A stretch of 59,978 nt of DNA from Eubacteriales bacterium. GTDB taxonomy: Bacteria; Bacillota; Clostridia; Oscillospirales; CAG-382. Of this stretch, positions 58,148 to 59,978 are shown in pieces. The translations under genes and the position numbers were made by a program. Under the pieces are notes generated by a model. That model saw nothing but the letters and a program-made list of their open reading frames with translations. It was not told where the DNA came from and made no database searches. Where the stretch lies: NCBI GenBank assembly GCA_045636665.1, contig JAZTXY010000014.1, positions 1 through 59,978 of the forward strand, written 5' to 3'. Within the stretch, counting starts at the first letter, position 1. Each line of letters begins with the position of its first letter.

Positions 58148-58314
58148 AAGTGTGCCTTGCGGCACGATAAGCACACCTTCGGTGCGTGAAGCGATGCTTT
58201 GCATCGTGAAGTGCCTGCGGGCGTGAGTGGCACACTTGACTTCACTTTGTGCGCAAGCACAATACTTCACAGCGGCATTGCCGCTGCTTCACTTGGGCGA
58301 AGCCCAAACTTCAC
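58148..58314 (+). repeat. Array of eight distinct short hairpins separated by invariant GTGAAG (x3, one variant) and CTTCAC (x4) linkers
   Basis: Hairpins at 58152-65, 58171-87, 58192-206, 58212-23, 58226-36, 58247-62, 58271-85 and 58293-307. Linkers at 58186, 58206, 58223 and 58240, 58265, 58287, 58309. No ORF. Confidence 0.8.
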
Positions 58315-58320
58315 AAAAGA

Positions 58321-58349
58321 TTGAAATGCTCCGCAGTTTATGGTATAAT
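58321..58349 (+). promoter_or_regulatory. Extended -10 promoter TTGAAA-17-TGgTATAAT
   Basis: Hexamers at 58321-58326 and 58344-58349, 22 nt upstream of the four-helix-bundle gene start. Confidence 0.5.
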
Positions 58350-58371
58350 TTAATAAATCGGAGGTGATGTT

Positions 58372-58725
58372 ATGTCTGAAAGCAAGTTAAGAACACAATC
58401 GATGGATTTTGCAGTATCCGTCATCAATCTCGTTAAACAGTTGAAAGAAAAGCGAGAATCGATTATTTCCAACCAAATCGGTAGAAGCGGCACATCCATT
58501 GGTGCTAATATTTGTGAGGCGCAATACGCTCATGGAAAAGCTGATTTCATCGCCAAACTCCAAATTGCTCTTAAAGAAGCAAATGAAACAGGATATTGGT
58601 TAGAACTGCTATTCAAAACAAAATACATATCCGAGGAAGAATATAAAATTCTTGATTCTGCTTGTACAAGTATCCGTGTTATGCTTATCTCTTCTATCAA
58701 CACCGCAAAGGAGAACGCAAAATGA
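58372..58725 (+). CDS. Four-helix-bundle protein (23S rRNA intervening-sequence protein / Avd-like family)
   Basis: 117 aa. ..FAVSVINLVKQL....I.NQI.RSGTSIGANI.EAQ......DF..KL.IALKEA.ET.YWLELL matches the family pattern. GGAGGTG RBS upstream. Confidence 0.85.
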   Translation: MSESKLRTQSMDFAVSVINLVKQLKEKRESIISNQIGRSGTSIGANICEAQYAHGKADFIAKLQIALKEANETGYWLELLFKTKYISEEEYKILDSACTSIRVMLISSINTAKENAK

Positions 58726-58848
58726 TTAGGCTATGTTCCGGATATGGAAGGTGCCTCAAAATTTTCTCTTGAACATACGTTACGTAGCTGTGATGAGGAT
58801 CACAGTCCTTATGCAGGGTTTGTTTTTTTGTTGTCGAAAAGACTTTCC

Positions 58849-58955
58849 TTGACAGAAAGAGATTCTTTGTGTATACTGCCTTTAGAATCCAAATCGGTAC
58901 TGCGTAACGGCAAGAGCAGCCTATTAACGTTCAGCCGTTTTTGGATTCTTTTTTT
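58849..58955 (+). ncRNA. Candidate small RNA: promoter TTGACA-17-TATACT followed by a 10-bp closed stem and T6
   Basis: AGAATCCAAA (58884-93) pairs with TTTGGATTCT (58940-49), then TTTTTT. No RBS or start codon inside. Transcription not demonstrated. Confidence 0.3.
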
Positions 58956-58996
58956 CATACCCAAGCGATAATCAAAAGCATCCGCTTACGAAAGTA

Positions 58997-59028
58997 TAAA
59001 AAAACAGACGGTTGCCCGTCTGTTTTGT
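58997..59028. terminator. Bidirectional terminator
   Basis: AAAAAAA-ACAGACGG-ttgc-CCGTCTGT-TTTG, 10 nt from the stop of the minus-strand gene at 59038. Confidence 0.7.
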
Positions 59029-59037
59029 TATTTGATA

Positions 59038-59757
59038 TTAAAGACCTTTTGCTCTTAACTTTCTGTCCTTGTTATCTTGGATCTTACCGTAAACGCCGAA
59101 GCCGATATACATACCGATGATGCTTGCGGGGCCGACGGTGGTGAAGTAGTTGAGCGAAAGCATTGTGGAAACATAGTCAAGAAGCATAACAACACAGTGG
59201 AGAAGGATTGCGAAAAGAACGCCCATTGCGATTTTTGCGATCTTCGAGCTTGTGTTTTCATGATTTTCCCAAGTGGAAATCATAAGGTTGCCTGCGAAAC
59301 CGAGGATAACCGCGCCGAGAACCAACGAATAGATGCCGAAGGTCATTGCGTATTCTTCATCAGTGAAGGCTTGAGAAAGCTTGATTACAAATTCGCGGTC
59401 CATCAAGGTTTTGAATTCGCCGGTTTTGGGGTCAGCCGCGCCGTAAGGAATCATATCGAGAATGAACATAGGTGCAACGAGCAACACGATGAAAAGCAAC
59501 GCGAGGAGAACGCGCGCACGGCCGCCGAGCTTTGCAGCTCTTTTCTTCGAGATTTTGAAAATAACAGAAGGGATGCCGAGCACTACTGCTACGACGATCG
59601 CGCCCAAAGTAAACAAAGCAGAAATTCCAAAAAGCTTTGCGATTTCAATCGCAGATTCGGTATTTAAAATTGCAAATATTACGATAAATGCAATAACTAC
59701 TGCCGAAATTAAGATAAGTTTTGCGTTTTTACGCAATACCGACAATACTTTAGACAT
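59038..59757 (-). CDS. Hypothetical polytopic membrane protein (239 aa)
   Basis: About 6 TM helices, with AAGGAG RBS upstream of ATG 59757. Family not recognised. Confidence 0.7.
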   Translation of the reverse strand: MSKVLSVLRKNAKLILISAVVIAFIVIFAILNTESAIEIAKLFGISALFTLGAIVVAVVLGIPSVIFKISKKRAAKLGGRARVLLALLFIVLLVAPMFILDMIPYGAADPKTGEFKTLMDREFVIKLSQAFTDEEYAMTFGIYSLVLGAVILGFAGNLMISTWENHENTSSKIAKIAMGVLFAILLHCVVMLLDYVSTMLSLNYFTTVGPASIIGMYIGFGVYGKIQDNKDRKLRAKGL

Positions 59758-59800
59758 GATCTAAAACACTCCTTGCATGATTATGGAATTAGTTAATATT

Positions 59801-59829
59801 AATATATCACAGTATTTCGTCAATGTCAA
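59801..59829 (-). promoter_or_regulatory. Sigma-A promoter TTGACA-17-TATATT (minus strand)
   Basis: -35 at 59824-59829 and -10 at 59801-59806, about 45 nt upstream of the 59757 start. Confidence 0.5.
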
Positions 59830-59855
59830 GTTTTTTTAACAATAACAACAGAAAT

Positions 59856-59884
59856 GCCCGTAGGTTTCTACCCACGGGCTTTTC
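59856..59884. terminator. Terminator hairpin (likely for the partial minus-strand gene at window end)
   Basis: GCCCGTAGG-tttcta-CCCACGGGC (one mismatch), with T-rich flanks on both strands. Confidence 0.5.
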
Positions 59885-59930
59885 TGCTGCTTTTTCAACT
59901 ATCAAAAGGAGAAGTTTGATAATTTTTTAA

Positions 59931-59978
59931 TTAGAATTGTTCGCGCTTTTTCTTAATATGAGTCGCAAACGTTACCAC
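59931..59978 (-). CDS. C-terminal fragment of an unidentified protein (continues beyond window end)
   Basis: Reverse translation reads ..VVTFATHIKKKREQF* with TAA at 59931-59933. Too short to identify. Confidence 0.35.
   Translation of the reverse strand: MVTFATHIKKKREQF

Noticed and set aside
58148-58314. Considered whether the periodic CTTCAC/GTGAAG pattern is a CRISPR array
   Set aside because: The repeat unit is only 6 nt at ~20-24 nt periodicity and switches orientation mid-array. The intervening units are themselves hairpins, and there are no cas genes. The pattern is not CRISPR-like.
58744-58971. 75-aa plus-strand ORF downstream of the four-helix-bundle gene
   Set aside because: It has no credible RBS. 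It reads straight through a hairpin, a consensus promoter and a terminator stem. The translation looks random.
58024-59036. Integrated mobile element at tRNA-Glu
   Set aside because: No integrase or recombinase gene is present. I found no repeat of the tRNA-Glu 3' end anywhere downstream in the window. Only the unusual non-coding content is reported.

Overview
Chromosomal window from a spore-forming Clostridia-type Firmicute. Markers are pro-sigma-K, a pdaA-like deacetylase, ytvI, ftsK/spoIIIE and cotH; the dockerin- and cohesin-like modules hint at a Ruminococcaceae/Oscillospirales-like organism. There are about 55 protein genes, mostly housekeeping, and nearly all on the minus strand in the first 26 kb. 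They include mutL'-mutS, miaB-ricA(ymcA) in Bacillus-like synteny, sigK, a GH13 alpha-glucosidase, lgt, ligA, prmA, yqeG, comFC, recD2, ftsK, uppP and metY. Further on are a 57-aa ferredoxin missed by the ORF track, holB-ricT, a type II pantothenate kinase, a GlpA-like/DUF1667 flavoprotein trio, an AmiE-like/NamZ pair and a MarR-linked heterodimeric ABC exporter. Two tRNAs are present (Ser-GGA, Glu-CTC). Accessory-looking content: (1) a 1810-aa membrane-anchored S8 protease with dockerin-like, cohesin-like and cadherin-like modules; (2) a CotH-VTC-DUF4956 operon; (3) a divergent pair of a small XRE regulator and a 46-aa peptide with a palindromic operator; (4) an operon of three unassignable small proteins. 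The most unusual locus lies downstream of tRNA-Glu. It holds a dyad-symmetric ladder of eight different hairpins joined by invariant GTGAAG (x3) / CTTCAC (x4) linkers, an Avd-like four-helix-bundle gene, and an ORF-less promoter-to-terminator unit (candidate sRNA). No rRNA, CRISPR array, transposase, integrase or phage gene was recognised. Many long ORFs antisense to real genes are shadow ORFs. All calls come from reading motifs, synteny and base-pairing by eye; no searches or computations were run.
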